DNA of 64,000 nucleotides from Octopus vulgaris (Eukaryota), in NCBI GenBank assembly GCA_951406725.2, contig OX597816.1:11098001-11162000 (forward strand), in the 5' to 3' direction. The notes beneath the pieces were generated by a model. That model did not search any database. It was not told the origin of the DNA and saw only the letters and a list, made by a program, of their open reading frames with translations. The translations under genes were made by a program, and so were the position numbers. Position 1 is the first letter of the stretch; each line of letters starts with the position of its first letter. Below are positions 61,925-64,000 of the stretch, in pieces.

Positions 61925-62235
61925 TAGCCGGTCCATGGACACATTAGAAGCCATTATCCAGCAACATGTCCACCCAGACAGCATAATTTTCACAGACGAA
62001 TGGGCGGCGTACCGTAATTTGCAAAATCCAGGTTTCCAACATTTAACGGTGAATCATTCTATATCCTTTGTTGATGAAGCCAGAGGTGTCCACATAAATC
62101 ATGTGGAAGGCATCTAGGCGCATGCTAAGCACAAATCATCGACCAATTTATGGTACCCCTTTCTTCCAAGTTGTTCCCCACATATCTAATGGAGTTTATG
62201 TGGCCGAAGAGGTACCCCGGGAGAAAGTTTGGTCT
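61925..62235 (+). pseudogene. Merlin transposase C-terminal remnant, inverted copy
   Basis: [57 protein letters not shown]. Confidence 0.85.
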
Positions 62236-63237
62236 ATATAAAGATCCTCAGCGAGAACACAAAAAAAATTAATCAGCCTGGGATGTGTTAACAAGTATGT
62301 GGAAAACGAATGTGAAAAAAAAATGCGTGCAGACAACACTGGGGAGTGGGGAGTGGACTGTCGGAAAATTCAGAAGATCCGATTTTTCCGTCATAATTTC
62401 GGTAAAATGGATATATATTGATTTTTTTTACGGAATCCTACCTTTTTGGTTATGGAGGATCCGATTCTGAAAAAAAAAAAAAAGAAAAAAATTTCAAATT
62501 AAAATTCGAATTTGTGTTTATTTTTTCCATATTCTTAATCTCCATATTTTCCCACGTAGATTGATGGGAAAAAAATTCGGATCAAATTTTTAAAAAAAAG
62601 TTTAAAAAAGAAAGTTTGAGAAAAAAACCACTTTAATTTCACATGAATTACTTTGTCACTCTGAAAGAAATCTTTGCTGAAAGGTGAGTAGATTGATTAC
62701 ATTATGTTATCGCAGTTTTGTGAGATTTGGCTGTTATTTCTAGCATGTGGATAGCCTGCTTGAAGATTAAAGGCCTGAGGGTATATATATGCATATATAT
62801 ATAATTATATAATTTCTGATATTTTCTTGAAAGATTCAAATTTGACAAAACAATTTCTTTCAGAATTGTAAACTTCATATTTTTCTACGTATTTCGTAAA
62901 AAAAAAAAAAAAAAAAAAAATCCGGGAAAAGTGAATAATAAGGAGAGGAGGGGGTGTATTTGAAATTTTGAAAATGCAATTTTTGGAAAATCGTTTTTTT
63001 TTTTTGTTTCAGAATCGGATCCTCCATAGCTAAAAACATAGCATTCCGTTAAAAAGAAATGAATATATATCCATTTTACTGGAAATTACGACGGAGAAAT
63101 CGGATCTTGTGGATTTTCCGAAAGTCCCCTCCCCACTCCCCAGGGTCGTCTGCTCGCAGTTTTCTTTCTTTATATTCCTTTTCCAAATATTTGTTAACAC
63201 ACCCCAGGCTGGTTTATTATTATTATTATCATTATTA

Positions 63238-63313
<76 letters not shown>

Positions 63314-63316
63314 CAT

Positions 63317-63875
63317 TGAGTGAGAGAGCAGTTCATGTCATCAAAGTGACACTGGGGTAAAATATACGAAGCCCAATATACCCATCATGACTACCCGTCT
63401 GATAAAGGTACACCAGGCACATGCATCACAACCATATGTGCGCGACATCGTGATCTCATATCAAGATAAACAGCACATAACCTTGCAGGTGGGGCCCAGT
63501 TAGAATTTTCTTCAGGTTGAGTAGCCCATCCCGCTCAAACGGTCCCTGAATAAGGGTTGTTTAAGGATGTTGAAAGAACCACCCATGTTTCCAGAGGTGA
63601 ACTATTCAAACCCCAAAGAATCCCTCTCAACACATGGCTATGATGCTCCCCCACTACTTCTGCTCATGATCAGAGATGCACATATCGTCAGCCACAAATG
63701 GACATGCCTAAATGTTTAATGTCAAGCAACTGACAAGCAAATCTGTGGTATTGAGCAGAATATTTGCTGTAGCCCATCTTTTATACCAAGACAAAACAAT
63801 GTACATGATAACACTTCCAATCAGTTAAGATTATTATTATTATTATTGTTGTTATTATTATTATTATTATTATTA

Positions 63876-63919
<44 letters not shown>

Positions 63920-64000
63920 GAGTGAGCGAGCAGAGCATGCCATCAAAGTGACACTGGGGTAAAATATACGAAGCCCAGTATACCCATCATGACTACCCGT
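63317..64000 (-). mobile_element. Two copies of the (AAT)n-tailed repeat separated by (TTA)n
   Basis: Reverse complement of 46235-46752; second copy begins at 63919 and runs off the window. Confidence 0.75.

Noticed and set aside
61095-62235. Bacterial IS1595 contamination or recent horizontal transfer
   Set aside because: Motifs fit eukaryotic Merlin; copies are decayed and interleaved with host SINEs and microsatellites.

Overview
AT-rich, repeat-saturated eukaryotic DNA with no confidently recognisable host protein-coding gene. The SINE and LINE repertoire and microsatellite load suggest an octopod cephalopod intron or intergenic region; this taxonomic call is an inference. Content: dozens of tRNA-headed SINEs in several modular families, many 5'-truncated RTE 3' ends with (GAT)n tails, a 5'-truncated CR1 reverse transcriptase, and R4/Dong-type RLE retrotransposon fragments sitting in (TAA)n tracts. 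DNA elements include Tc1/mariner remnants and MITEs, piggyBac-type MITEs, hAT remnants, Helentron-like non-autonomous elements and a rearranged Merlin (ISXO2/IS1595-like) transposase cluster. The least obvious layer, invisible in the ORF track, is about a dozen type I hammerhead-ribozyme (HHR) motifs. These include a tandem and fold-back array of about 310-345 bp monomers carrying an HHR (48.5-50.0 kb, plus a dispersed monomer at 56.1-56.7 kb) that resembles a non-LTR retrozyme. There is also a tRNA-headed HHR element and several Penelope-type minimal HHRs, some next to long palindromes; one at 35.2 kb has a fully intact catalytic core. Nearly all ORFs in the supplied track are microsatellite or repeat artefacts.
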